Of a DNA stretch of 64,000 bases, positions 24,710-36,633 are shown piece after piece; the stretch's first letter is position 1; each line of letters starts with the position of its first letter. Both the position numbers and the translations under genes were made by a program. The stretch is taken from the NCBI GenBank assembly GCA_002104905.1, contig MCFE01000390.1, forward strand, positions 18,834 to 82,833, read 5' to 3'. The stretch is from Basidiobolus meristosporus CBS 931.73 (lineage: Eukaryota; Fungi; Basidiobolomycota). The notes beneath the pieces are model-generated. The model saw only the letters and a list, made by a program, of their open reading frames with translations, made no database searches and was not told the DNA's origin.

Positions 24710-27700
24710 AGGCTTACCCACTACTACCTTGGGTGTTCCACATATAGCTCAAATCAAAAAAAAACTATGGCCTCCTGCTTACTAACCTCTACAAATATGC
24801 ACACCTGCTGCAATTGATATACTTCTATCACCTCAACTTAACAGCTTTTTAGTGTGATACTTGCAAAGTTGCCATATACCTTGTACTGCTGGTAACATAT
24901 ACATCTTCCAAATATATGCTTGGTTGTTGCCACTTCTGCCATGAATACCTCCTAATATCAGCAAAGAACCTTTTTGTATTTAACCAATATATTCCTTTTC
25001 CCTGCTGGTTTCCAGTCCCCTGCAATGCATCAGCACTGAGTATATCAAGGAGAAAGCTTAGTTCATTACAAGAAGCAATCAGACAATGTAGCAGTGAAAG
25101 ACCTGCCAGTGATAAGGGAAAAGGTAAAGGGAGAAATTTCTACCCAACCCTGAGTCAGGGAGGCATGCCAAAAAAACCCTAGTTCTTGACAATTAACACT
25201 GCAAGCCCAGAACAGACTAAATCCCATCATAGCCAAGAAGAGTTACCCACAAGAAAACAGCTGCTTTCATAAGAGTTGGAAGCGCAACCAGTTGAGCTTC
25301 ACTACAGTAAGGTAGATGAGTGTGCAGAAAAAGGCAATTTGTCTACCACAGCCTCCACATCCTCCATTGTTGACAGAGTGGGGATCCCGATGGTGAGCAA
25401 AGCATCAGTGTTTAGGGGTAAGAGGATGGTTATGATAGCCTCAATGAAATATTGGAGCAATACACTATGAAAAATAATTTGGTCCCATGGGTGGATATGA
25501 TCTGAATCAGCCATCAAGATTCCACAATGAGGCTATCATAAATACAGTAGCCTAGAACTATTGACCCTGTTTACAATTTTACAATAGAATTGTGATAGCG
25601 TTTTGCTGATTTGACTTATTTCAATAGAGGTACTTGTTGAGTGTGGGGTTGGGCTCAATGTTAGTGTATGATATAGGGACTTGTGTAGGTCAATACCATG
25701 AGCAATTGAGGTACAACTAAAGTTTTGACAGAAATAAATCAATCTGTATGCATGAAAAGTAAGAGAAATGGTTGTATCAGGCTGCTGTTTATTGCTGGTA
25801 CCAATGTTACAAGTCTTGATATAATAGTTATAGTGGAATAGGGAGCTTAGATAGAATTGTATTCACTAAAACTTGAACTGATTTTTATCAAGGTACCAGC
25901 AGCTCCTTGTATATATTTTGCCAGATCAACTGCAGACTAATTGCATTTCCCAATGTTGGTGGTGGTGGATGACTCATTTGATTGCATCATCATCACCCAA
26001 TTAAGTCCTGCTTAATATATCTGCTTCTGTCTGATAAGGATCTACTGATTTATCTGCTGGCTTATACTACTGATTTGATAGATAACACTGATATGCTGAT
26101 AGGCTAAACATAAAGCTAATTGATTGGACTAAAGCTGATGTAAGTTAAACTTTCAAGCAGTTGACCATAACAAGCTCACTGCTGAATCCTGATGGCTGAT
26201 CCAGATTGGGTCCATTGGTGGATTCCAATAATGTTTCAGAGGGCAGAGCTTATAGCACAGCTAGCTGAAAAATATTCCAGTAAGCAAAATGGGCTTACCA
26301 AAAAAAGCACTTCCTCTACTGCAGCCTACATGTTCTCAATCTCAGACAGAGTGGAGATCCCAATGGTGAGAAAAGCAATAATGTTGAGGAGTATGAGGAT
26401 GGTGATGATAGCCTCAACAAAATGTTGGAGCAATACACTACAAAAAATAATTTGGTCCCATGGGTGGATATGATCTGAATCAGCCATCAAGATCCCACAA
26501 TGAGGCTATCATTAATATAACAGCTTAGTACTATTGACTCTGTTTGCAATTTTACAATAGAATTGTGATAGTGTTTTGCTGATATGGCTGCTGAATTGGT
26601 CAGCATACTTGATGGTGTTTTGGTGGTCCTTTGGTGGGATTTGAGTGGTATTTAACAGTCTTGTTGCAGTCTACACTTATTTGAGCAGACTCAACTAGCT
26701 AGTACATGCAAATGCCATATATGAAAGAAAAACTTGCCAGTATGGCCTTGATGCAGACTTATGCTGGCATTGTTGTGGCAGTATTGCAGCCTACAGCTAG
26801 TCCTGTATAGTGTTATTGTACCAATCTCCCATATGGTATTTACTTTTTGCACCTTGCCTTGCACCATTGATATATTCAATTGTAGATTCACCTCAAAATA
26901 TTTGTTTACCTGCCACTGGTGTGGGAGATCCATAAATAGCTTGCACAACAATCTGCTATGGCCTCCTCCTAAGTAGTCTCTGCACCTGTGTACACATGCT
27001 GCAATATACACACTTTGTCACATCAGCTTTATGGCTTTTCAGTGTGATACCTGCCAGGTAGCTATATTCTGTGTATTGCTGGTAACATATAAATAGGCCA
27101 AATACATGCCTGGTTGATACCACTTATGCCTTAAATACCAGTTGAATAAGTGCAAAATACCTTTTAATACGCAGCCAATATAATACTCCTCCCTGCTGGA
27201 ATCTCTTGCCCCTTGTAGATACACTCAGGTTCTTATTGCATGAACTCCTAAGGAGTGATATGAGAGTTGGCTTGCACCCAGGAGAAACTTGGCATACTTT
27301 GGTGAAGTTGTCCTAATACATTAGTTATTTGTCACACCTAACCTGGAATTTGCATTACTTAATTGATTACCCATGCATAGGGGTTGCTTAGCTACTTAAT
27401 GCCAAAGGGATAGGTATCTTCCTGTGCACATCTGTCCTCAGCATTTTTGTACTCTGCCTGGCTATCCTGTATAAGCCCACTCATCACATCTGTGATGGAG
27501 TTGAAGGCAATATTTTTGATGAAATTTGGATATGGAAGTACCTACAGCTTGACTTGTATTCCTATCTCCCCACACATCAACCCCATAGGAAGCTTCCAAC
27601 AGGTGAGGCATGGCCCAAAATTCTCCATACACCAGTTCAGATGGAGTAGAGAATTGATGCAGTAGCAGCAGAGAGCTACAAATTCAGCTTTATGCCTGTA

Positions 27701-28150
27701 GTATAAAGACTCAACTCCCATGATAAATTCCAAGTGTAAAAGCTGTAGTTGCACCAAATTGGCATTGGTGATTTTTGTCTAAATAGATTTGCCTACAATA
27801 TGTAAATATGACTCCCAATGCTTCCAATGCATTCTGTGTAAAAGTTGCTTTAGAAGGCCACTAGAGTAAAGACATACCCAGTTCATCTGGTCCTTGCCTT
27901 TGTATTATTATATGTGAGTATTAGTAGTGATAGGAGCTCTTGAGAAATACCCTGCAATATCTAGCCAGCCCTTTCAAACTTTCTGGTATATCAAAGGGCT
28001 CATTTAGCATGAAGTACAGCATATACAACTTCATCAATAGTATGGGGACATTTCTGAGTTCCCTCAATCATACATATATCTAGTTTTCAATTATTTCCAT
28101 ATTGTGGATGATGGCTCATTTGTTACTAGCTTTAATGCAACTGCATGCTG
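24710..28150 (-). mobile_element. Unidentified decayed repeat family, possibly a DNA transposon (MULE-like), interrupted by an LTR at 25805-26170; related copy at 6240-7080
   Basis: Homologous blocks at about 6460-6830, 24740-25020 and 27050-27210, and at 25340-25620 and 26300-26580. One minus frame reads CIAPIFH*GYHNHP. Confidence 0.35.
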
Positions 28151-28157
28151 ACCTCTG

Positions 28158-30899
28158 TGCTGTAAGTGTCTTGGAGATATTAGCGGTAATTTGGAGAACA
28201 AGTAGACTATGTGGTTTTCACTCAATGATATATGTTGAATGTAAAAGTGGTATTGATACCTTTACATGGTCCTAGCAAATCAAGTATAAAGAATAGAATC
28301 AGGATGGTCCTATGAACATATGCACAAGATGTGGGACTACTTGGACAGCTTTGAGAATTTTCATGTCATGGGTAAAAGATATTTTGGTAAGAATATTGCA
28401 AGTAAATCCCAAGAAGGAATTTGGTGAGTATACTCATAAATATGAAGGTAATGATCTAAGTGACTAAGTTGGGGGAATATTTAGGTGAAGTTACAAATTT
28501 TTTACAACACTCCTGGTCAACTGAGTGCTCATACTGACTAGTCCTGATCTTGGCCTGAGATATTCAAACTGGTCTCTAGCCAACAATTTGATAAACATGT
28601 ATACAATTGTTTCATCTGTAGAATAGTAAGCTAAGTTAGCCAGGTTGTGCTCTATAGCTTCATTTATGAAATCATGTCTAATATCTATGTGCTTAGTTCT
28701 AGCATGAAAAGTTGGATTTCTACCTAATTGTTTACATCCTTGATTTTCTTGAAATAAAGCAATAGGTGGCTTTTTGACATAAGCCTAAATCTTCAAAAGC
28801 ATCCTTAACCTCATGGCTTTCTTTGTAGTTTCACAGGCTGCTATATACTCTGCCTATGTAGCAGAAAGTGCTACAGAGGGTTGCTTTCTTGAATTCCATG
28901 AAATCACTCCTTTAAAGCAGAGAAAGGTGTATCCTGTGGTGGTTCTGCTGTGTTCTAAATTTTGTCCCCAACCAGCAGCAGAGTATCCAGCAAGATCTTG
29001 CTTTGAGTTATTATAAATGTACCTTAAGCAGATATCAGTGGCTTCTTTTAGGTATCTAGATATTTGCCTAACTGCCGCAATATGATCAGATCCATAGATC
29101 TGATTTTGCTGGCTGACAACTCCCTCCAAAAACAAGATATCTGGATGTGTTCTAAGCATAATACACATCAGATTGCCAACCATATATTGATGAGGAAAGT
29201 TGGGTTTTTCAGAGGGCACCAAGTTGTCTTGACTTGGTTGAGTTTTGGCCAATATAAGGTTTGTCTCCATTGGGGTACTAGTGGTTTACAGTCTTCCATT
29301 TGATAACTCTTTTGTACATCTTGCATATACCTGGATTGGCTTAGAGTAATAGTCTGTGTACTTCTGTCTATGGAGAACTTTATCCCTAAGTAGTAACAGA
29401 ACTCCCCAGCTCAGACATGTTGAACTCTCTAGATAGGCTGAATTTGGTCACTTCCAATGTTTCTAGGTTATTGATGGCTACAATAACATCTTCCATATAT
29501 AGTGTTAATAGAACTGGACTTGCTCTATCAGGCTTATAGTATATACTTTAGGTAGCATTAATTGTTTTGAAACTCAAAGATTCTAAATAAGAGTGTATTT
29601 TGAAATCCCAGGCTTTTAGTGATTGATTTAGTCCTTATAGAGAATTTTATGCTTGCATACAAAATGGGGGTATCTTGGTCAGAAAACACATTAGGCTGGA
29701 CCATATACATGTTCTCATCAAGTTTCTCATTCAAAACTGCAGTACTTGCATTAATTTGATGTTTAATAAACTTATATTTGATTGCAATTGCCAAAATTAA
29801 TTCAATGGAATTAAGCTTGGCTACCAGTGCAAAGTTCTGAGGGTAGTCAGGTCCTTTTGTCTGATAGCATCCATTGGCCACAAGTCTTGCTTTGTATCTT
29901 TTGGATGTGCCATAAGCCTTGTATTTTGTTTCAAAGTCACATCTGTATCCAATTGATTTTAGTTGATTGGTAATTTGACTTAGTCTTAAGTTCAATTTTC
30001 CATTGGGGCCTGATATTCCTCAGTCATTAAGACCTCTAAAACTTTGTGCAAGGGCCATTTAGGGCCTGTTTTACAGTCTAGGGCTCAGCATTACATACTG
30101 AATAGGCATAGGCTAAGCTTGTACTCTCATTGATATAATTGCTTGGGCTATTTCTTGGCTGGTAGGATCTGCTGGCATTTGATTCTGGAGTTATCACTTC
30201 TGAGATATTCCTGGGCACTGATTCAGGCTGACCCATAGTTTTAGGGACCTCTTCAGTGAGAATACTGTCACTATTATGCTCTGATTTAATCATGACAACT
30301 GGTAGACTTGATATCAGATAATTGTAACCATCTGGTGTCATTTTTGGTAAAAATTTGAACTTTCATCTTACAACAGATTGCTAGACTTGATCAGCTTCTT
30401 TGCCTTGGTATTGCAGAGTCTGTATGCCTCACTCTGATTGCACTAGCCAAAATATTCATTTCACTCTTCCTAGCTCAAATTTTGACTGATTTCTGAGCAG
30501 TTTCTTGGCATATGCTCTACACCAATGTATTCTTAGCATTTCTGCACTTGGTCTGTATCTATACAGTGCTTCAAATGGAGTAGGATCACAAAGTTTTCTT
30601 TGAGACTCTTACTTTTGAGGTAAACAGCTGCACCAACTGTTTCTGCCCAACAGTTACAAGATAATCTTCGATAATGGATCATAGATCATGCCATATCATT
30701 TATTGATATGTTTGCATGGTCTGCTACTCCATTTTGCAGTAGGGAGCCTATCTTCAGTTGGTGCAGCATATCAATATTCAGGCTTTTGCTGCTTATTATC
30801 TCACTTTTTGAGGCACTGCTCTGATGTGTGTCCCTTCCTTTTGCAGTAGTTGCGAAACAGGTTGCTGTTGCCTTTGTAAGGTCTTGGGTACCTCCTTTG
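28158..30899 (-). mobile_element. Degenerate, internally deleted Copia with 3' LTR at about 28158-28508
   Basis: ORFs 28854-29270, 29558-29995 and 30078-30341 are homologous to the RT/RNase H region of the intact copy. Confidence 0.8.
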
Positions 30900-32297
30900 T
30901 GTTGTAAAATTCATAATTCCACCTGAATACTCACATAACTTAGTCACTTAGATCATTACCTTCAAATCCTAGAGAATACTGACCAAATTCCTTGTTGAGA
31001 TTTACTTAGAATATTCTCACCAAAATACCAGGTACCCAGAACATAAAAATTCTCAAAGTTGTAACCCAAGTTATTGTATCATTGAGGGTACCAACTTAGC
31101 CTATGCCTATTCAGTCCACATTGATGAGCCCCACACTGCAAAAGAGGCCCTAAATAGCCTTCAGACAAGGTTTTGGAGATCTGCAATGACTGAGGAATTC
31201 AGGCCTTGATGGAAAATCAAACTTGGGACTTGGTCAATTACCAATCAACCAAAAATCTATTGGATGCAGATGGCTCTTTAAGACAAAATTCAAGGCTGAT
31301 GGTACAATTGAAAGATACAGAGCAAGACTTGTGGCCAAAGGACACTCTCAAACACAAGGACTTGACTATACTGGGATCTTTGCACCAGTAGCTAGGTTTA
31401 ATTCCATCAGATTAATATTGGCTATTACAGTCAAATACAAGCTTTTTATACATCAAATGGATGTAAAAACTGCATTTTTGATTGGAGAACTTGATGAGGA
31501 TGTGTATATGAACCAGCCTGATGGGTTTGTTGACCAAGAAAACCCCATTTGGCTTGCAAGCTTAAAAAATCTCTATATGGTCTTAAACAATCACCAAGAG
31601 CCTGAATTGCAGGATACATTCTTATTTATAATCTTTGAGTTTCAAAAGGAGTAATGCTGACTATAGTATATACTATAAGCCAGATAGATCAAACCCAGTT
31701 CTATTAGCTCTATATGTGGATGATCTTATTACAGCTGCCAATAACCAAGAAACATTGGAAGAGACCAAATCCAACCTGTCTAAGGAGTTCAAGATGTCCA
31801 ATCTAGGAGAACTCAGTTACTACTTAGAGATTAAGTTCTCCATAGACAAAAGTACCCAGACTATCACCCTATGCCAGTCAAAGTATATTGAAGATATACT
31901 AAAGAAGTACCAAATAGAAGACTGTATACTGGCAGCTACCCCAATGGAGACAGACCTTAACTTGGTCAAAACTGAACCAAATCAAGAGAGCTTGGTTCCA
32001 TCTGAAAGCCCTGACTTTTCCTATCAATCTATGGTCAGCAGGCTGATGTATAGCATGCTTGAAACATGCTGAGATATCTCATTCAGTGGGAGTTGTTAGC
32101 TGACATTATCAGAACTATGGATCCAATCATATTGCAGCAGTTAAGCGGATTTTTAGCTACCTAAAAGGAACTGCTGATCTCTACTTAAGATACACTTATA
32201 CAGATTCAGAACAGGATTTTGTGGGATACTCTGATGCTGATTGGGGACAGAATTTGGAAGACAGAAGATCCACAACAGGATACACTGTTCTTGTTGT
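30900..32297 (+). mobile_element. Copia remnant: partial LTR fused to RT fragments
   Basis: TGTTGTAAAA LTR start; ORFs 31223-31654 ([20 protein letters not shown]) and 31635-32072 (LYVDDL). Confidence 0.8.
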
Positions 32298-32657
32298 TGT
32301 TGTAAGAGTCTTGGAGATATTGGAAGTGATTTGGAGAACAAGTAGATTATGTGGTTTTCACTTAATGATTTATTGAATGTAAAAGCAGTATTTATACTTT
32401 TACATGGTCTTGGCATTACAAACACGTAGAATAGGTTAAGGAAGGTCCCAAGAACATGTGGGCAAAGTTTGGGGCTGTTTGGACAACTTTGAGAATTTTC
32501 ATGTTCTGGGTACCTGGTATTTTGATGAAAATATTCTAAGTAAATCCCGACAGGAATTTGGTCAGTATTCTCTAGGATTTGAAGGTGGTGATCTAAGTGA
32601 CTAAGTTAGGTGAATATTTAGGTGGAAAATACGAATTTTTACAACACTCCCACTCAG

Positions 32658-35600
32658 CTAAATGTTCATACTGACTAGTCCTAATTTTGACCTAAGATAT
32701 TCAAACTTGTCTCTAGCTAATGGTTTGGTAAATATGTCTGCAATCATTTCATCTGTAGGACAGTAAACTAAGCTAACTAAGTTATTCTCTATAGCTTCAC
32801 GTATGAAATGATGTCTAATATCTATGTGCTTGGTTCTAGCATGAAAAGTTGGATTTCTACCTAATTGTATACATCCTTGATTATCTTGAAATAAAGTAAT
32901 AGGCGTTTTTTGACATAGGCCTAAATCTGTAAAGAGCTTTCTTAACCACATTGCTTCTTTTGTAGCTTCACAGGCTGCCATATACTCTGCCTCTGTAGTA
33001 GAAAGTGCTACGGTTGGTTGCTTTCTTGAATTCCATGATATGGCTCCTTTACAGTAAAGAAAGGTGTATCCTGTGGTGGATCTTCTGTCTTCTAAATTTC
33101 GTCCCCAATCAGCATCAGAGTATCCCACAAGATCCTGTTCTGAATCCTTATAAGTGTATCTTAAGCAGATATCAGCAGTTCCTTTTAGGTATCTAAAAAT
33201 CCGCTTAACTGCTGCAATATGATCAGATCCATAATTCTGATTGTGTTGGCTGACAACTCCCACTGAATATGAGATATCTGGACGTGTTCCAAGCATGATA
33301 TACATCAGACTGCCAACCATAGATTGATAAGGAAAGTCAGGGCTTTCAGATGGCACCAAGCTCTCTTGATTTGGTTGAGTTTTGACCAAGTTAAGGTTTG
33401 TCTCCATTGGGGTAGCTGCCGGTTTACAGTCTTCCATTTGGTACTTCTTTAGTATATCTTGAATATACTTGGATTGACTTAGGGTAATAGTCTGGGTACT
33501 TCTGTCTATGGAGAACTTAATCCCTAAGTAGTAACTAAGTTCTCCTAGATCGGACATCTTGAACTCCTTAGATAGGCTGGATTTAGTCTCTTCCAATGTT
33601 TCTAGGTTATTGGCGGCTATAATAAGATCATCCACATATAGAGCTAATAGAACTGGATTTGCTCTATCTGGCTTATAGTATATACTATAGTCAGCATTAC
33701 TCCTTTTGAAACTCAAAGATTCCAAGTAAGAATCTATCTTGCAATTCCAGGCTCTCGGTGATTGTTTGAGACCATATAGTGACTTTTTAAGCTTGCAGAC
33801 CAAATGGGGGTTATCTTGGTCAACAAACCCATCAGGCTGGTCTATATACACGTCCTCATCAAGTTCTCCATTCAAAAATGCAGTTTTTACATCCATTTGA
33901 TGAATAAAAAACTTATATTTGGCTGCAATAGCCAATATTAATCTGATGGAATTAAACTTGGCTACCGGTGCAAAGGTCTCAGTAAAGTCAAGTCCTTTTG
34001 TTTGAGAGTATCCTTTGGCTACAAGTCTTGCTTTGTATCTTTCAATTGTACCATCAGCCTTGTATTTTGTCTTGAAGACCCATCTGCATCCAATTGATTT
34101 TTGGTTGATTGGTAATTTGACTAAGTCCAAAGTTTGATTTTCCATCAGTGCCTGATATTCCTCAGTCATTGCAGATCTCCAAAACTTTGTCTGAGGGCTA
34201 TTTAGGGCCTCTTTTACAGTCTGGGGTTCATCAACATGGACTGAATAGGCATAGGCTAAGTTTGTACCCTCATTGATATAGTAATTTGGGCTATTTCTTG
34301 TCCAATTGGATCTCCGGGCATTTGATACTGGAATGATCACTTCTGGGATATTCCTGGGCACTGATTCTGGCTGAACCACGGTTGTAGAGTCCTCTGGAGT
34401 GAAAAAATTATCATTGTTTTGCTCTGATTCAATCCTGACAATTGGTGGACTTGAGATCAAATTTTTGTCATCATCTGATGTCATTTTTTGTGAAAATTTT
34501 GAATTTTCATCAAACAACACATCCCTGGACTTGATCAGCTTCTTTGCTTCGGTATTGTAGAGTCTGTATGCCTTACTCTCATTGCGGTAGCCCAAAAATA
34601 TGCATTTTACACTTTTTGGCTCAAATTTTGACTGATTTCCGGCCAGTTTTTTGGCATATGCTGTACACCCAAATATTCTTAGATGTTCTGCACTTGGTCT
34701 GTATCCATACCATGCTTCAAATGGAGTAGAATCACGAAGTATTCTGTTATAACTCCTATTTTTAAGATATACAGCAGTGGCAACTGATTCCGCCCAAAAA
34801 TCATAGGATAATTTTTGATCATGGATCATAGATCTTGCCATATCAATTATTGATCTGTTAGCTTGTTCTGCTACTCCACTTTGCTGTGGGGAGTATGGTA
34901 CAGTAGTCTCTTGCTTTATCCCATGAATTTTGCAGAAGTGGATGAAGAGTTTTGAGGTATATTCTCCACCATTGTCAGAGCGTATTTTCTTGATTTTTTC
35001 ACCAGTTTCTCTCTCCACCATGGCTTTAAACTCCCTGAGCTTAGACAGAGCTTCTTCCTTTCTCTCCATGAAGTAGACCCATGTGTATCTTGTATAATCA
35101 TCAATAAAAGTGATTAAATACTTCATCCCGCCTGAGGATAAATTTTGCATAGGTCCACACAGATCTGAGTGAATTAGATCTAATTTTTTCTTAGTTTTGA
35201 TTAACCCAGAGCTCTTGAACGGTTGTCTGGCTTGTTTCCCATATATGCAGGCTTCACAGTGCTCCAAAATAGCTGGGGGATCAATTTTCACTCCAGAAAT
35301 TAGCTGATCTTTGATCATTTTACGCAAATAATCAAAATTGATGTGTCCAAATCTCCTGTGCCAAAGCATTGGTGTTTCTTCATTTAAGTTACTTATATTG
35401 GCTTCCAGATATGATGGAATATAAGTCAACTTGTATAGATTCTGATCTCTGATGCCCAAAGCAATATGAGCACCATTTTGATCAGTGATCCTGCATCCAG
35501 AATTGTTAAAACTGAAACTGAGTCCTTCTGCTGTGGCCTTGCTTACAGAGAGTAGGTTCTTGGCTATTTCTGGTACATAGAGTACTTCTTTAAAGGTCAG

Positions 35601-36629
35601 TGTATGGCTTCCTTCACTGCTTCTAAGGTTTACTTGGATAGTTCCTTCTCCCACTGCATCAAATGTTCTATCGTCACCCATGAAAACCTTCTTAATTGGA
35701 ATTTCTTGATATTGGGTAAAAAGTTCTTTTTGGTGTGTAAAGTGTTGAGAAGCTCCAGAGTCAATATACCACGTTGGAGAATCCTTGTTTGTGGTCATAT
35801 TTAGTGCAGATATGAATAGTCTATCTTCAGTTGTTGCAGCATTTCCATATTCAGGCTTCTTTTGCTGATAATCTCTCTTTTTGAGACACCGGTCTGATGT
35901 GTGTCCTTTCCTTTTGCAGTAGTTGCAAAATAGGTTGCTGTTGCCTTTGTAGGGTCTTGGGTACCTTCTTTGTTGGTTATCATTGCTTATTAAAGCATTT
36001 TCTTCTTCCTTCTTATTGGCGCTTGATTTTCTTAATTCTTCATCCAGGAGCCTTCCATATACGTAATTTAAGGTCAAATCTTCAGTTCTGGACTCTAGGG
36101 CTGATACAAGGCCCTGAAAATCGTCTGTCAGGCTATTCAGGATGGTAACTATCACATCCTCATCAGTAGTTGGTACGCCCACAGATTCTATCTCATCTAC
36201 CAGCAGGGTAATTCTGTTAATTAGATTTTTCATTTCTTCTCCTGGCAGCATCTTTGTAGTAAAGAATTTTCTTCTCAGATACATTTTCTTGGCAGCTGAA
36301 CATGACTGGTAGGTGTCTTCCAATGCTTTCCAGGCATTCTTTGCCATTTTTGCTCTTGAGCATTGAATTAGCAATTTGTCCTTGACATTAAGGCAAATGC
36401 AGTTAAAGGCACTTTGTTCTTTCTTCTGGTACTTTAAGGCTTCCTCTCCCACGTTTTTAGGAGGGCATTCTTCTCCCATGACAATATCCCAAAGGCCTCT
36501 TTCTTGTAGCAGCATCTTCATCTTCACCTTCCACACTTGGTAGTTAGATCCATCCAACTTTTCAGCAGAGGGAAAAATTCCAGTAATAGCAGTAGTAGAC
36601 ATTGCAGAGAGTGACAGCTCGGGGCTCAT
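32658..36629 (-). CDS. Copia Gag-Pol polyprotein (gag, CCHC, protease, integrase, RT, RNase H); probable start at 36629 or 36602
   Basis: [79 protein letters not shown] and IADIFTK with no stop. Confidence 0.95.
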   Translation of the reverse strand: MSPELSLSAMSTTAITGIFPSAEKLDGSNYQVWKVKMKMLLQERGLWDIVMGEECPPKNVGEEALKYQKKEQSAFNCICLNVKDKLLIQCSRAKMAKNAWKALEDTYQSCSAAKKMYLRRKFFTTKMLPGEEMKNLINRITLLVDEIESVGVPTTDEDVIVTILNSLTDDFQGLVSALESRTEDLTLNYVYGRLLDEELRKSSANKKEEENALISNDNQQRRYPRPYKGNSNLFCNYCKRKGHTSDRCLKKRDYQQKKPEYGNAATTEDRLFISALNMTTNKDSPTWYIDSGASQHFTHQKELFTQYQEIPIKKVFMGDDRTFDAVGEGTIQVNLRSSEGSHTLTFKEVLYVPEIAKNLLSVSKATAEGLSFSFNNSGCRITDQNGAHIALGIRDQNLYKLTYIPSYLEANISNLNEETPMLWHRRFGHINFDYLRKMIKDQLISGVKIDPPAILEHCEACIYGKQARQPFKSSGLIKTKKKLDLIHSDLCGPMQNLSSGGMKYLITFIDDYTRYTWVYFMERKEEALSKLREFKAMVERETGEKIKKIRSDNGGEYTSKLFIHFCKIHGIKQETTVPYSPQQSGVAEQANRSIIDMARSMIHDQKLSYDFWAESVATAVYLKNRSYNRILRDSTPFEAWYGYRPSAEHLRIFGCTAYAKKLAGNQSKFEPKSVKCIFLGYRNESKAYRLYNTEAKKLIKSRDVLFDENSKFSQKMTSDDDKNLISSPPIVRIESEQNNDNFFTPEDSTTVVQPESVPRNIPEVIIPVSNARRSNWTRNSPNYYINEGTNLAYAYSVHVDEPQTVKEALNSPQTKFWRSAMTEEYQALMENQTLDLVKLPINQKSIGCRWVFKTKYKADGTIERYKARLVAKGYSQTKGLDFTETFAPVAKFNSIRLILAIAAKYKFFIHQMDVKTAFLNGELDEDVYIDQPDGFVDQDNPHLVCKLKKSLYGLKQSPRAWNCKIDSYLESLSFKRSNADYSIYYKPDRANPVLLALYVDDLIIAANNLETLEETKSSLSKEFKMSDLGELSYYLGIKFSIDRSTQTITLSQSKYIQDILKKYQMEDCKPAATPMETNLNLVKTQPNQESLVPSESPDFPYQSMVGSLMYIMLGTRPDISYSVGVVSQHNQNYGSDHIAAVKRIFRYLKGTADICLRYTYKDSEQDLVGYSDADWGRNLEDRRSTTGYTFLYCKGAISWNSRKQPTVALSTTEAEYMAACEATKEAMWLRKLFTDLGLCQKTPITLFQDNQGCIQLGRNPTFHARTKHIDIRHHFIREAIENNLVSLVYCPTDEMIADIFTKPLARDKFEYLRSKLGLVSMNI

Positions 36630-36633
36630 AACC
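36622..36633 (-). promoter_or_regulatory. Primer-binding site of the copia/Ty5 type (internal initiator tRNA-Met fragment)
   Basis: GGTTATGAGCCC immediately follows the 5' LTR and matches the known half-tRNAi(Met) PBS type. Confidence 0.8.
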
